DNA of 64,000 nt from Salinivirgaceae bacterium (GTDB lineage Bacteria > Bacteroidota > Bacteroidia > Bacteroidales > SZUA-534), in contig JAKSOL010000007.1 in assembly GCA_024405635.1 (NCBI GenBank), positions 63,981-127,980 of the forward strand, given 5' to 3'. This document shows, piece by piece, positions 39,086 to 50,742 of this stretch. Every line of letters starts with the position of its first letter. Within the stretch, counting starts at the first letter, position 1. Under the pieces are notes generated by a model that did not search any database, was not told where the DNA came from, and worked only from the letters and a program-made list of their open reading frames with translations. Position numbers and translations under genes: made by a program.

Positions 39086-40237
39086 ATGGCGCGCAAACTA
39101 TTATTTATTGACCGCGACGGAACTCTTATTAAAGAACCAGCTGACGAGCAAATTGACAGTCTTGAAAAATTGCAGTTTGTACCTGAAATGTTTCGTAATT
39201 TGTCGTTTGTGGCAAAAAATCTTGACTTTGAACTAGTTATGGTGTCAAATCAAGACGGTTTAGGCACCGACGCTTATCCTGAAAGTCAATTTAGACCTTT
39301 ACATAATCTAATAATTCAAACACTTAAAGGCGAAGGCATTTGTTTTTCAGCCGAAAAAATTGACAACCACTTCCCTGCCGATAATCATCCAAACCGCAAA
39401 CCGGGAATAGGAATGCTCTCCGAGTACATAAATAATCCTAATTATGATTTGGCAGGTAGTTATGTGATTGGTGACCGCGAAACTGATGCTCAGTTGGCTC
39501 GAAATTTGGGCTGTAAAGCTTTGATTATTTCAAATCCAGACATTACAACCATTGAAGGAAAAACCGATTTTTCTTCGGTTCACGAACTAGGCCCACAAGC
39601 CGATGGTGTTACTTATGTTGACTCGTGGAATCGTATTTCGGAGTTGCTTTTTGCTGGTGAGCGAACAGCAACCGTTAAGCGAACAACCAAAGAAACAGAT
39701 ATTTACGTAAACATTAATCTTGACGGTACTGGTAAATGTGAAATAAGTACCGGATTGGGATTTTTTGACCACATGCTTGAGCAAATTGGACGACATTCAG
39801 GCTCTGACTTAACAATTAAAGTTAAAGGAGACTTACATGTTGATGAGCATCACACAATTGAAGACACTGCAATAGCTCTAGGCGAGGCTATTTTGAAGGC
39901 ACTTGGCGACAAACGAGGTATTGAGCGATATGGTTTTTGCTTGCCAATGGACGATTGTTTGTGTCAGGTTGCACTTGATTTTGGTGGCCGTGCTTGGCTT
40001 GTTTATGATGCAGAATTTAAACGCGAAAAAATTGGAGATATGCCAACCGAAATGTTCCTTCATTTTTTCAAAAGTTTGAGCGATGCTGCACGTATGAACT
40101 TGAATATTAAGGCTGAAGGTGAAAATGAGCATCACAAAATTGAAGGCATATTCAAAGCATTAGCCAAATCGATAAAAATGGCAGTGAAACGTGATATTTA
40201 TAAATACGAACTACCCAGCACAAAAGGAATGCTATGA
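39086..40237 (+). CDS. hisB: Bifunctional histidinol-phosphatase / imidazoleglycerol-phosphate dehydratase
   Basis: HAD motif FIDRDGT plus [21 protein letters not shown]. Confidence 0.97.
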   Translation: MARKLLFIDRDGTLIKEPADEQIDSLEKLQFVPEMFRNLSFVAKNLDFELVMVSNQDGLGTDAYPESQFRPLHNLIIQTLKGEGICFSAEKIDNHFPADNHPNRKPGIGMLSEYINNPNYDLAGSYVIGDRETDAQLARNLGCKALIISNPDITTIEGKTDFSSVHELGPQADGVTYVDSWNRISELLFAGERTATVKRTTKETDIYVNINLDGTGKCEISTGLGFFDHMLEQIGRHSGSDLTIKVKGDLHVDEHHTIEDTAIALGEAILKALGDKRGIERYGFCLPMDDCLCQVALDFGGRAWLVYDAEFKREKIGDMPTEMFLHFFKSLSDAARMNLNIKAEGENEHHKIEGIFKALAKSIKMAVKRDIYKYELPSTKGML

Positions 40238-40833
40238 AAATAGTTGTAATTAAATACAATGCAGGCAACATTCGCTCGGTTTGCAATGCGCTTAAACGCT
40301 TAGGCTACGAGGCTGAAATTACCGACGATGTTGAAAAAATTAAAGCAGCCGACAAAGTGATTTTTCCTGGCGTTGGCGAGGCTTCAACCACAATGAAATA
40401 CCTTCGCGAATCGGGGTTAGATAAAGTGATTGTAAGTTTAAAACAACCCGTTTTGGGCATCTGCCTAGGCATGCAACTGATGTGTAAATTTTCAGAAGAA
40501 GGCAATGTTGATTGTCTTGGCATTTTTGATGTGCCAGTAAAACGATTTCAACTCCCAGCACAAAACGTTGATAATCTGAAAATTCCACAAATGGGTTGGA
40601 ATACCATCACTTCAGTTAAGAGCCCACTTTATAATGCTCAGCTCGAAAATCAGTATGTTTATTTTGTTCACAGCTACTATGTTCCTCTTTGCGATTATAC
40701 CGCTGCAACAACCAACTATACAATAAGTTATAGCTCGTCGTTGCATCGCGATAATTTTTATGCAACACAGTTTCATCCCGAAAAAAGTGGTAGCGTTGGC
40801 GAACAAATACTTAAAAACTTTCTTGAATTGTAG
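40234..40833 (+). CDS. hisH: IGP synthase glutaminase subunit
   Basis: PGVG, GICLGMQ, FVHSY, QFHPEKS. Confidence 0.97.
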   Translation: MKIVVIKYNAGNIRSVCNALKRLGYEAEITDDVEKIKAADKVIFPGVGEASTTMKYLRESGLDKVIVSLKQPVLGICLGMQLMCKFSEEGNVDCLGIFDVPVKRFQLPAQNVDNLKIPQMGWNTITSVKSPLYNAQLENQYVYFVHSYYVPLCDYTAATTNYTISYSSSLHRDNFYATQFHPEKSGSVGEQILKNFLEL

Positions 40834-40847
40834 TAATTGAAACAGAT

Positions 40848-41570
40848 ATGATTGAGATTGTTCCTGCAATAGATATGATTGGTGGCAAATGTGTACGCTT
40901 AAGCAAAGGCGACTATGCCACCAAAAAAGTATATAACGAAAATCCGCTTGAAGTGGCCAAGATGTTTGAAGATAACGGCATCACTCGCCTACATCTTGTT
41001 GACCTTGATGGCGCAAAAGCTGGACACATTGTAAACCATAAATCGCTAGAGCAAATTGCTAGCAAAACATCGCTAGTTGTTGATTTTGGAGGCGGTTTAA
41101 AAACAACCGACGACTTGAATGTAGCCTTTGAGTGTGGTGCAAAAATGATAACAGGCGGTAGCATTGCAGTAAAAAATCCAACAGAATTTCTTGGCTGGCT
41201 CGAAAAATATGGCAGCGACCGCATTATTCTTGGTGCCGATGCAAAAGACGGTAAAGTTGCAGTTACAGGTTGGCTTGAAGATACTGATGCTGAGCTACTT
41301 ACTTTCGTTAAAGACTATTACTCAAAAGGCGTACGTAAAGTAATTTGCACCGATATAGGTCGCGATGGAATGCTGCAAGGACCTGCAATTGAACTGTACA
41401 AACAAATGTTAGGTGAGATTGCAGACCTTTGGTTAGTTGCTAGTGGAGGTGTAAGTTGTATCGGAGATGTTGAGTCGCTTAATACAGCAGGCATTTCTTC
41501 GGTAATTATTGGAAAAGCAATATACGAGGGACGAATTACAATGAAAGAACTGCAAGCGTTCATTGGTTAA
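40848..41570 (+). CDS. hisA: ProFAR isomerase
   Basis: PAID...[20 protein letters not shown]. Confidence 0.96.
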   Translation: MIEIVPAIDMIGGKCVRLSKGDYATKKVYNENPLEVAKMFEDNGITRLHLVDLDGAKAGHIVNHKSLEQIASKTSLVVDFGGGLKTTDDLNVAFECGAKMITGGSIAVKNPTEFLGWLEKYGSDRIILGADAKDGKVAVTGWLEDTDAELLTFVKDYYSKGVRKVICTDIGRDGMLQGPAIELYKQMLGEIADLWLVASGGVSCIGDVESLNTAGISSVIIGKAIYEGRITMKELQAFIG

Positions 41571-41606
41571 TAACAAAACAAATAAACGAGTAACCTCAAA
41601 CGATAT

Positions 41607-42362
41607 ATGTTAGCAAAACGAATAATTCCTTGCCTTGATATCCGCGACGGAAAGACAGTAAAAGGCATCAATTTTGTCAATATAAAAGAAGTTGGCGACC
41701 CTGTTGAACTTGGTGCTTGGTATGCCGAACAAGGTGCCGATGAGTTGGTTTTTCTTGATATTACAGCCAGTCACGAAGGACGCAAAACTTTTGCTGATTT
41801 GGTTGGACGTATTGCCGAAAACATCAACATTCCATTTACAGTTGGCGGCGGCATAAGCGAATTGAAAGATGCAGGCGTGTTGCTTAACGCCGGAGCCGAT
41901 AAAATAAGCATCAACTCGTCGGCTGTGCGCAATCCGCAACTTATTGACGATATGGCAAAAAACTTTGGCAGTCAGTTTGTTGTGGCTGCAATAGATGCTC
42001 GTTGCGACGAAAACGGAGAGTGGATTGTTACAGTAAACGGTGGTCGCATACCAACCGAAAAACGATTATTTACTTGGGCAAAAGAAGCAGAAGAACGCGG
42101 AGCCGGCGAAATACTTTTTACAAGTATGAATCATGATGGAGTTAAGCAAGGTTTTGCAAATGAGGCACTTGCACAACTATCAGAAATGCTTTCAATTCCA
42201 GTAATTGCATCGGGAGGCGCAGGATCGATGGAGCACTTTAAAGATGTGTTTACATTAGGTAAAGCCGATGCAGGACTTGCTGCAAGTATTTTCCACTATA
42301 AAGAAATAGCAATTCCAGATTTAAAAGCATATTTGCGACAAAATGGAATAACAGTCAGATAA
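41607..42362 (+). CDS. hisF: IGP synthase cyclase subunit
   Basis: [32 protein letters not shown]. Confidence 0.97.
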   Translation: MLAKRIIPCLDIRDGKTVKGINFVNIKEVGDPVELGAWYAEQGADELVFLDITASHEGRKTFADLVGRIAENINIPFTVGGGISELKDAGVLLNAGADKISINSSAVRNPQLIDDMAKNFGSQFVVAAIDARCDENGEWIVTVNGGRIPTEKRLFTWAKEAEERGAGEILFTSMNHDGVKQGFANEALAQLSEMLSIPVIASGGAGSMEHFKDVFTLGKADAGLAASIFHYKEIAIPDLKAYLRQNGITVR

Positions 42363-42380
42363 CAATTAAAACACAACAAT

Positions 42381-42995
42381 ATGTTAGATTACACAAAATC
42401 GCCGGACGGACTTGTACCGGCAATCATTCAAGACAATACAACTGGCAAAGTTTTGATGCTTGGTTATATGAACGAAGAGGCTTATAACAAGACAGTTAAC
42501 GAAGGAAAAGTGACATTTTATAGTCGTACACGCAAATGCATGTGGACTAAAGGCGAAACTAGCGGCAACTTTTTAAATGTGGTGTCGATGGCTGAAGATT
42601 GCGACCACGATACCTTGTTGATTAAAGTTAATCCCGATGGACCAACCTGCCACACAGGTGCCGATACATGTTGGAACGAAGAGAACAAAATGAATCCTCT
42701 GCTTTTCCTTTCGGAACTAAACGATTTTATTGAAAAACGTCACCAAGAAATGCCCGAAGGTTCGTACACAACAAGTTTGTTTAAAGATGGCTTGAACCGT
42801 ATGGCACAAAAAGTTGGCGAAGAAGCACTTGAACTTGTTATTGAGGCCTGCAATGGTACCGACGAGCGTATGATTTATGAAGGTTCCGACATGCTTTATC
42901 ACCTTATTGTGTTGCTTACATCAAAAGGCTTGCGCATTGAGCAAATGGCCGAAGAATTGATGGTGCGCCATAAACCAGGTTGGAAAAAACACTAA
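42381..42995 (+). CDS. hisIE: Bifunctional PR-AMP cyclohydrolase / PR-ATP pyrophosphatase
   Basis: W.KGETSG, DCD.D, CHTG..TC, SYT, KVGEEA. Confidence 0.96.
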   Translation: MLDYTKSPDGLVPAIIQDNTTGKVLMLGYMNEEAYNKTVNEGKVTFYSRTRKCMWTKGETSGNFLNVVSMAEDCDHDTLLIKVNPDGPTCHTGADTCWNEENKMNPLLFLSELNDFIEKRHQEMPEGSYTTSLFKDGLNRMAQKVGEEALELVIEACNGTDERMIYEGSDMLYHLIVLLTSKGLRIEQMAEELMVRHKPGWKKH

Positions 42996-43133
42996 TGCGT
43001 TTAATGTTGGTTAAGTCATTGAGTTTTATGGTATAATTCCCTACTCTAAACTTCTTTGCCTTACTAACCGATAACCAACTTTTAATTAAGAGAGCAAAAT
43101 AGAGTTTACTCTGTTTTGCTCTTTTTCAACAAT

Positions 43134-44294
43134 ATGAAACGTAGTTTAATAACCCTATCGCTTGGCACATTTGGGCTTGGCGTTGCCGAGTTCAGTGTAA
43201 TGAGTGTGTTGCCAAATTTAGCCGACAGCTTTGGCATTAGCATAACGCAAGCAGGCCATCTTATCTCGGCATACGCACTTGGCGTGTGTGTTGGAGCACC
43301 GCTAATTGTGCTATTTGCCCGAAATTGGAAATTGAACAACATCCTAAAACTGATAATGTCGATTTTTGTTGTAGGGCACTTTATAATGGCATTGTCAACC
43401 AATTATGCAATGGGAATGCTTGCTCGTTTTATTTCGGGAATGCCGCATGGTGCATATTTTGGCACAGGAGTTATTGTTGCAAACCGATTGGCCGAAGAAG
43501 GTAAAAGTGCTGTGGCAGTGTCAATTATGGTTATGGGAATGGCCATATCAAACCTTTTAGGAGTGCCATTTGGCAGTTGGATTGGTCAGAACCTTTCATG
43601 GCGATTCATTTTTTCGTTTAACACCATTTGGGGGCTCATTACACTCATGTGTATAGTTAAGTTTATTCCCGAAATGGCAGCTCTGCCCCACACCGATTTC
43701 AAAGGTCAGTTCCGTTTTTTAAAGCGACCAGAACCATGGTTGGTTATTTTGGGGACAATGTTTGGCAATGGCGGAACTTTTTGTTGGTTAAGCTACATCA
43801 ATCCCCTTATGACCGAAGTGTCGGGATTTAGCTCGGCAACAATTCCCGTATTGATGTTTGTTGCAGGTTGCGGCATGTGTATTGGTAATTATTTGGGCGG
43901 AGTTTTAGCCGACCGTTTTGCTCACGCCAAAGTGGCAATGTTTACGCAACTAACAATGAGCGTGGCACTTATTCTTGTATTTCTTTTTGCACAAATAAGT
44001 TGGTTTTCGGCTGTAATGATGTTTGTTTGCACAACAGGATTGTTTACATTGTCGTCGCCACAACAACTGCTCATTATGCACCAATCAAAAGGAAGCGAAC
44101 TGATGGGTGGAGCAATGGTACAGATTGCGTTTAACTTTGGTAACGCTTTGGGAGCATACTTTGGTGGGGTTCCCATTGCTTTAGGTTTGGGCTACAAACC
44201 ATCATCGGCTATTGGTGCTGTTGTTGTATTACTTGGTTTTGCATCGTTTTTTATGCTCAACCAATTGTTTAAGAAGAAAAACACAACTTGCTAA
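43134..44294 (+). CDS. MFS transporter (AraJ-like)
   Basis: 12 TM helices; LGTFGLG.AEF, AG..ISAYALGV, HGAYFG; start set at ATG 43134. Confidence 0.88.
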   Translation: MKRSLITLSLGTFGLGVAEFSVMSVLPNLADSFGISITQAGHLISAYALGVCVGAPLIVLFARNWKLNNILKLIMSIFVVGHFIMALSTNYAMGMLARFISGMPHGAYFGTGVIVANRLAEEGKSAVAVSIMVMGMAISNLLGVPFGSWIGQNLSWRFIFSFNTIWGLITLMCIVKFIPEMAALPHTDFKGQFRFLKRPEPWLVILGTMFGNGGTFCWLSYINPLMTEVSGFSSATIPVLMFVAGCGMCIGNYLGGVLADRFAHAKVAMFTQLTMSVALILVFLFAQISWFSAVMMFVCTTGLFTLSSPQQLLIMHQSKGSELMGGAMVQIAFNFGNALGAYFGGVPIALGLGYKPSSAIGAVVVLLGFASFFMLNQLFKKKNTTC

Positions 44295-44363
44295 AAATGA
44301 ATTGTTAAGGCATATTATTTTGGTAGAAAAATAAATTGATAACTAAATATGTAATGCAAACTT

Positions 44364-44531
44364 ATGGCCGATAATTATCTTGAAAAGCGTTATGAAGCAT
44401 ACGAAGCTAGAAAAGCAGCCATTGCCAACAAAAAAAAGATGGAAGCCATAAAACTTCATAAATATATGGCAAAGCAAGCCGAAATGAAGAAAAATGAGTT
44501 AGACAGCAATAAAGAAAAAGAAAAGAAATAA
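44364..44531 (+). CDS. Small conserved Bacteroidales hypothetical protein (55 aa); absent from the ORF track
   Basis: MADNYLEKRYEAYEARKAA...KEKK*. Confidence 0.6.
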   Translation: MADNYLEKRYEAYEARKAAIANKKKMEAIKLHKYMAKQAEMKKNELDSNKEKEKK

Positions 44532-44579
44532 AAGCACGTAAATAACTATCCCTTAATAAATTACTAATACCAAACAATT

Positions 44580-47237
44580 ATGAAATTAAAACACATTTCG
44601 TGTGGCGTGGCAATGTTGCTAGCATCGTCGCAAACATTTGCCCAAACCGAAGAGTGCAATGAGTACTCGTTTTGGAACCACAATCTTCCGGTTGAAGAGC
44701 GTATTGACGATTTGATGTCGCAACTTACTCTTGAAGAGAAAGTTAGCATGATGATGAACCGTTCGTTGGCAATACCACGACTCAACATCCCAGCCTATAA
44801 CTGGTGGGGCGAGGCTTGCCATGGTTTAATGGGCGTGAGCGATGTTACCGTTTTCCCTCAAGCAATTGCGCTAGCTTCAACATTTGACGACGAAGGCCAA
44901 CTTGCAACCTACACAATGGTTTCTGACGAAGCTCGTGGCCGATTTAATTCCATTTCGCGCGATGGCGATATTGGTCCATACGTGTCGTGGATTCCAAACC
45001 TTACCTTTTGGGCTCCAAACGTAAACCTAATTCGCGATCCACGTTGGGGACGCGCACAAGAGAGTTACGGTGAAGACCCATATTTGCTTTCGCGTATGGG
45101 TGTAAACGTAGTTCTTGGTATGCAAGGAACTGACACCGAGCACTTTAAAACTCATGCTTGTGCAAAACACTACGCTGTTCACAGCGGACCAGAGCCTCTT
45201 CGTCACCAATTTAACGCAGTAGTTTCAAAACGTGACCTTTGGGAATCGTATTTGCCTGCATTTAAAGCACTTGTGGTTGAAGGCAACGTTCAAGAGGTTA
45301 TGTGCGCATATTCAGCATTTGACGGCGAACCTTGCTGCTCAAGTGGCCGATTGCTTATTGATATTTTGCGTAAACGCTGGAACTATAACGGCATTATTCT
45401 TACCGACTGCGATGCAATAAACGACTTCTATTCAAAAGGTCGTCACGAAACACACAAAGATGCTGCCGAAGCTAGTGCCGATGCAGTTTTACATGGAACC
45501 GACCTTGAGTGCGGCAAGTGCTACAACTCGTTGATTGATGCTGTTAAAAACGGACAAATAAAAGAATCGGATCTTGATATCTCGTTGCGTCGTGTGCTTT
45601 ATGGTCGTTTCACCCTAGGTTTGCTCGATCCTGATGAAGTAAGTCCATACTACAACATTCCTGGCAGCGTGGTCGATTGCCAAAAACATCGCGACCATGC
45701 ACTAAAAATGGCACAAGAGAGTCAAGTCCTTCTAAAAAATGCCAACAACACCCTACCTCTTAGCAAAAACATTAAAACAATTGCTGTTGTTGGTCCAAAC
45801 ATCGACGATCCAATTATGATGCGTGGTAACTACAGCGGAACTCCAACACATTGTGTTACCATTTTGCAAGGCATTAAAAACAAATTGCCAAACGCAAACA
45901 TCATTGCTGAACGCGGTTGCGAAATAGAGTTCGACTATTTGCAAATTGACCAAAATCAAAACTTTAAGACCGAAGACAAACTTGGTTACAAAGCCGAATA
46001 TTTTGGTAATAAACAATTTGAGGGTGAGCCAATTGTAGTAACAAACACCGAAAAAATTGATTATCAAACTGAAGGTGGATACGGATTTGGTAATGGTGTG
46101 CCAACATTCGATTTTTCGGCACGTTACACAGCAAAATACACAGCCGATTTTACTGGTAAGTTGTGTTTCCAAATTCGAGGTAACGAGTTTGAAGTGAAAG
46201 TTAATGGCGAAAAAGTAGGTGAATTCCATCCAAAACCTCTATCGTTTACCTTTACCCCAGGTATGCAGCTTACCGAAGAGCAACAACACGAACTACGTAT
46301 GCAATTCTTCCGTCGTCCTGCACCTGTGCTAACCGATGTTGAAAAAGGCAAAACCTACGATATTGAAATTCTTTACACCTCTGCATCTGAAGGAACAGTT
46401 TCACAATTGTCGGTTGATGTTCATGCTCGCAAAACAATTGATTTTGAGGCTATTAAAAATCAAATTAAAGATGCCGAGGCTATTATTTATGTAGGCGGCA
46501 TTACCCCATCGCAAGAAGGCGAAGGCCACGAGCGTACTACCATTGAATTGCCTGAAATTCAACAAAAATTCCTTGCTGAAATGCGTTCAACTGGCAAACC
46601 TGTGGTTTATGTAAACTGCTCAGGCTCAGTAATTGCATTTGAAGGTGTTGACCAAAACTGCGACGCTTTGTTGCAAGCTTGGTATGCAGGTCAAGAAGGT
46701 GGAACCGCAATTGCCGACGTTTTGTTTGGCGACTATAACCCATCGGCTAAATTGCCTATCACTTTCTATAAATCAACTTCGCAATTGCCTGACATTAAGG
46801 ATTATAACATGGAAAACCGCACCTATCGTTACTTTAAAGGTGAGCCACAATACGCATTTGGCTATGGTTTGAGTTTCAGCAAATTTGAGTTTGGAAAAGC
46901 CAAATTGTCGAAAAAGTCAATTAAACGTGGCGAGAGTGTTGACATTACCATTCCTGTGAAAAATGCAGGTCAAATGGACGGTGCTGAAGTTGTTCAAGTT
47001 TATGTTAAGAGCCTAACAAACGCTGATGCTCCAATAAAATCGCTAAAGGCATACAAACGTGTCGATATTGCCAAAGGACAAACCGCAACTGTTACTTTGA
47101 CTTTGACTCCAGATGCGTTCTCGTACTATAGCGAAGAAAAAGATGACCTTGATGTGTTTGCTGGCAAATATCAAATTATGTACGGCAACTCATCGCGAAA
47201 CGAGGATTTGAAAGTTTTGCCATTTGTAGTTAAATAG
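44580..47237 (+). CDS. GH3 beta-glucosidase/xylosidase with PA14 and Fn3-like domains
   Basis: WW.EA.HG, RDPRWGR.QE.YGEDP, KHYAVH, TDC.A, QAWY.GQ.GG, FGYGLS. Confidence 0.93.
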   Translation: MKLKHISCGVAMLLASSQTFAQTEECNEYSFWNHNLPVEERIDDLMSQLTLEEKVSMMMNRSLAIPRLNIPAYNWWGEACHGLMGVSDVTVFPQAIALASTFDDEGQLATYTMVSDEARGRFNSISRDGDIGPYVSWIPNLTFWAPNVNLIRDPRWGRAQESYGEDPYLLSRMGVNVVLGMQGTDTEHFKTHACAKHYAVHSGPEPLRHQFNAVVSKRDLWESYLPAFKALVVEGNVQEVMCAYSAFDGEPCCSSGRLLIDILRKRWNYNGIILTDCDAINDFYSKGRHETHKDAAEASADAVLHGTDLECGKCYNSLIDAVKNGQIKESDLDISLRRVLYGRFTLGLLDPDEVSPYYNIPGSVVDCQKHRDHALKMAQESQVLLKNANNTLPLSKNIKTIAVVGPNIDDPIMMRGNYSGTPTHCVTILQGIKNKLPNANIIAERGCEIEFDYLQIDQNQNFKTEDKLGYKAEYFGNKQFEGEPIVVTNTEKIDYQTEGGYGFGNGVPTFDFSARYTAKYTADFTGKLCFQIRGNEFEVKVNGEKVGEFHPKPLSFTFTPGMQLTEEQQHELRMQFFRRPAPVLTDVEKGKTYDIEILYTSASEGTVSQLSVDVHARKTIDFEAIKNQIKDAEAIIYVGGITPSQEGEGHERTTIELPEIQQKFLAEMRSTGKPVVYVNCSGSVIAFEGVDQNCDALLQAWYAGQEGGTAIADVLFGDYNPSAKLPITFYKSTSQLPDIKDYNMENRTYRYFKGEPQYAFGYGLSFSKFEFGKAKLSKKSIKRGESVDITIPVKNAGQMDGAEVVQVYVKSLTNADAPIKSLKAYKRVDIAKGQTATVTLTLTPDAFSYYSEEKDDLDVFAGKYQIMYGNSSRNEDLKVLPFVVK

Positions 47238-47459
47238 CAGTAGTACAATAAATTATTCACTCGCCCAACTTTGGCATAAAGTCAAGGTTGGGCGTTTTTT
47301 ATATGGTTATATCTAGTTGATACAAGAGTGAAATTAGCCTGACATCGTGTATAAAATAACACTAAATTAGGCACAGCATTACCGTTAGCGCAATAGTTGT
47401 GCATCGCTTTTGCAACCGATTGATAAATAGATTTTTAGTAACGTTTAAACATAAATAAT

Positions 47460-48656
47460 ATGAATATTCTAGTATTGAACTGCGGAAGCTCGTCAATCAA
47501 ATACAAATTGTTTGAAATGAACGAGAAAAAAGTGGTAGCACAAGGCGGAATTGAGAAAATTGGTTTAGCCGATTCGTTTTTGAAAATCACTTTGCCAAAC
47601 GGCGAAAAAAAGATTATAAGCGAGCCAATTCCTGAACACACTGCTGGTGTTAAACTTATTTTCAAAATGTTGATGGACCCAGAAATTGGTGTAATCAAAT
47701 CGCTTGATGAGATTGATGCTGTTGGTCACCGTATGCTTCATGCTGGTTCTAAAATCACCAAATCGTCAATGTTAACTGACGAAGTGCTTGAGATATTTGC
47801 TTCGTGCAACGACCTTGGCCCACTCCACAACCCTGCCAACCTTAAAGGTGTTAACGCGGTTAAAGAGCTTGTGCCAAACATGCCTCAAGTTGGTGTGTTC
47901 GATACTGCTTTTCATCAAACAATGCCCGATTATGCATACATGTACGCTTTGCCATACGAGTATTATGAAAAATATGGCATTCGTCGTTACGGTTTCCACG
48001 GAACTAGCCATCGTTATGTTTCGCAACGTGTTTGCGAGTTTCTTGGCATTAAACCTGAGGGCACAAAAATCATTACCTGCCACGTTGGTAACGGAGGCTC
48101 AATTTCAGCAGTAAAAGATGGAAAATGCGTTGACACTAGCATGGGTCTTACTCCACTTGAGGGCTTAATGATGGGTACTCGTTGTGGCGACATCGATCCT
48201 GCAATTGTTCCATTTTTAATGAATCACGAAGGCCTTTCGGCTAGCGAAATGGATACTATAATGAATAAAAAATCGGGTTTGCTTGGCATGACTGGTATGC
48301 TTGATATGCGCGACATTGAAGCAGCTATTGAAAAGGGCGATAAACGTGCGAAGTTGGCTCGCGACATGTATTTGTATCGTATTCGCAAATACATTGGTTC
48401 GTATGCTGCTGCTATGGGAGGCGTTGATATTGTGCTATTTACAGGTGGCGTGGGCGAAAATCAAATGGGTTGCCGTGCCGAAATTTGCGAGGGTCTTGAA
48501 TTCCTTGGAATTAAGATTGATTCAGAGAAAAACAAGACCCGCGGAGAGGAAAAAATCATCTCAACCAACGATTCAAAAGTTACTGTTTGTGTTATCCCAA
48601 CCGACGAGGAGTTGATGATTGCTACCGATACCTTGAGCGTAGCTTTTGGAAAGTAA
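47460..48656 (+). CDS. ackA: Acetate kinase
   Basis: LNCGSSSIK, VGHR, PLHNP, FDTAFH, YGFHGTSH, FTGGVGEN, IPTDEE. Confidence 0.98.
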   Translation: MNILVLNCGSSSIKYKLFEMNEKKVVAQGGIEKIGLADSFLKITLPNGEKKIISEPIPEHTAGVKLIFKMLMDPEIGVIKSLDEIDAVGHRMLHAGSKITKSSMLTDEVLEIFASCNDLGPLHNPANLKGVNAVKELVPNMPQVGVFDTAFHQTMPDYAYMYALPYEYYEKYGIRRYGFHGTSHRYVSQRVCEFLGIKPEGTKIITCHVGNGGSISAVKDGKCVDTSMGLTPLEGLMMGTRCGDIDPAIVPFLMNHEGLSASEMDTIMNKKSGLLGMTGMLDMRDIEAAIEKGDKRAKLARDMYLYRIRKYIGSYAAAMGGVDIVLFTGGVGENQMGCRAEICEGLEFLGIKIDSEKNKTRGEEKIISTNDSKVTVCVIPTDEELMIATDTLSVAFGK

Positions 48657-48721
48657 CACAACTAACCATACTACAAAAAACGCTGTCAGTTGTCTGGCAG
48701 CGTTTTTTGTTTTCGGTTAGT

Positions 48722-50662
48722 CTATTCGGTGGCAATAATTTTTAGTTCGGTACGTCGGTTTTGCGAGCGGCCTTCGGCTGTTGAATTATCGGCAACAGGA
48801 ATAGTTGCTCCATAGCCTTTGTATGTCAGTTGCGAGGCATCAATCCCCTTTTCGGTTAAGTATTTATAAACCGATTCAGCACGTTGTTGCGATAGGTGTT
48901 TGTTATGTTCGGCAGTGCCAATGTTATCGGTGTGGCCGCCTATTTCGAACTTCAATGTTGGGTTTGCCAAAATGAATTGCTCCATACGTTTAAGTTCGGC
49001 AAACGACTCGTTGGTCAGTTCGGCTGAGTTGGTTTTAAAGAATATGTTGTTTAGTATAATGTTGGTGCCTACAATTGGCTTTTCAAGCTGAATAGCAACC
49101 TCTTTAGGTGTAATGGCAGTGTGTTGGCTACCAAGGTTAAAGTGCAACGAGTTGAACAGATAATCGGCTCGGTTAACATGCATTGCGTACGATTGCCCAA
49201 TGGGTAAACTAACAAGAAATTCGCCTTGGTCAGCGTTTACAAGCATAACGGTGTCGCCTGTTTCAACGTTTAGCAACTGAACGGTAGCCGATAATGGTCT
49301 ATTGGTTTGCTTGTCGATAATGGTACCATGAACATACGAAACGGGTTGTGGACGAACTTCGGCAGGCAATGTAAACGTGTAAATGTTTTTGGTGGCGCTA
49401 GCAAAGTTTGTTGAGAAAAAAGCCCGTTCGCCCGAATTGTCAACTACCAAACCAATTTCGTCACGATAAGTATTTATTGGATAGCCAAGATTTTTAGGCT
49501 CTTCCCAAGTAAGACTATCGGTTAATCGGGTTATGTAAATGTCTTTTCCACCCATGCCAAGTCGTCCATCGGAGCTGAAATAAAGGGTGCGGTTATCAGG
49601 GTGAATAAACGGACTAATGTCATCTTGAGGAGTGTTTATGCGCTCGCCAAGGTTTACAGGTTTGCCCCAACGTCCGTTTTCTTGCAGTTCGCTCACCCAA
49701 AGGTCAAGTTTGCCGTAACCACCAGGGCGGTCTGATGCAAAGTACAAGCGCCTTCCATCGGGCGAAAGGCAAGGTTGCTTTTCTGAGTATTTGGTATTTA
49801 TCACAGCGCCTGCGTTATAAGGGCGGCCCCACTGTCCGTTTATATCTTTACGGGCAAAATAAATGTCGCACATTCCCATTCCATCGCGACGGTTGCAGCT
49901 GGTAAATACCAACATTTTTCCGTCGGCCGAAATTTGTTGTGCACCTTCGTTTCCGGGTGTGTTAATTGATGATCCGATTGGTACTGGAGGTTGCCATTTA
50001 CCATCGATGAAACGAGTTACGTAAAAATCTTCTTGCATCATTATTTCTCCATTTGGGAGAAAACGTGTGCTATCGGGCAGTAACATTGTAAAAACCAATG
50101 TTTTAGCGTCAATCGATAGCGATGGCCAATATTGCTCGTATGGCATTTCAATGTCGGCACCAAGCGATTGAGGCTCAAACGGAACGGGATTTTGCATCTG
50201 ATTTAGCGCAAATTCAATTTTTTGCAAGTTTTCGGCAGCATATTCACGCGACCTTTTGGTTGTGCCTTCCATTTGCAAGAAACTGTTGTAGCAGCGTCGT
50301 GCTTTTTCGTACTCTCCTATTCCCAGATATGTGAGAGCTAAGTTGTAGTCAAGATATTTGAAATAAACTTGGCCATGTAGAGCCTTAGCCTTTTCAAAAG
50401 CATCAATTTCGTCGGTTAGGCGGCCCATATCGTGGCAAATTTCGGCTTTCATCAGGTAAGCTTCAATAAATGCAGCATCTTCTTCAATGGCACGATTTAT
50501 CGATTCAAGAGCCGCAACGTTATTGCGAAGTTTGAATAGTCCGTTTGCTTCGGCATATTCTTTTTTTGCCTTTCGCGATTGAGTTGTAACTGGTTCTTGA
50601 GCCAAGCAACCAAGGCTGAACAATACTGCTATTGTATTGATTATTATCTGTTTAAGTTTCAT
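48722..50662 (-). CDS. TPR-PD40-OmpA family protein (PorE-like)
   Basis: TPR N-terminus, PD40 repeats (NLG..INT, LYFSS), OmpA C-domain GHTD...LS..RA...NRR. Confidence 0.9.
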   Translation of the reverse strand: MKLKQIIINTIAVLFSLGCLAQEPVTTQSRKAKKEYAEANGLFKLRNNVAALESINRAIEEDAAFIEAYLMKAEICHDMGRLTDEIDAFEKAKALHGQVYFKYLDYNLALTYLGIGEYEKARRCYNSFLQMEGTTKRSREYAAENLQKIEFALNQMQNPVPFEPQSLGADIEMPYEQYWPSLSIDAKTLVFTMLLPDSTRFLPNGEIMMQEDFYVTRFIDGKWQPPVPIGSSINTPGNEGAQQISADGKMLVFTSCNRRDGMGMCDIYFARKDINGQWGRPYNAGAVINTKYSEKQPCLSPDGRRLYFASDRPGGYGKLDLWVSELQENGRWGKPVNLGERINTPQDDISPFIHPDNRTLYFSSDGRLGMGGKDIYITRLTDSLTWEEPKNLGYPINTYRDEIGLVVDNSGERAFFSTNFASATKNIYTFTLPAEVRPQPVSYVHGTIIDKQTNRPLSATVQLLNVETGDTVMLVNADQGEFLVSLPIGQSYAMHVNRADYLFNSLHFNLGSQHTAITPKEVAIQLEKPIVGTNIILNNIFFKTNSAELTNESFAELKRMEQFILANPTLKFEIGGHTDNIGTAEHNKHLSQQRAESVYKYLTEKGIDASQLTYKGYGATIPVADNSTAEGRSQNRRTELKIIATE

Positions 50663-50742
50663 TTGCTTTACTTTTTGTTAAACCTAGCTTTTGTTTAATG
50701 TTTAAAACGATGTTAGGTCTAATAAATTTTCCAAGAAGCTTG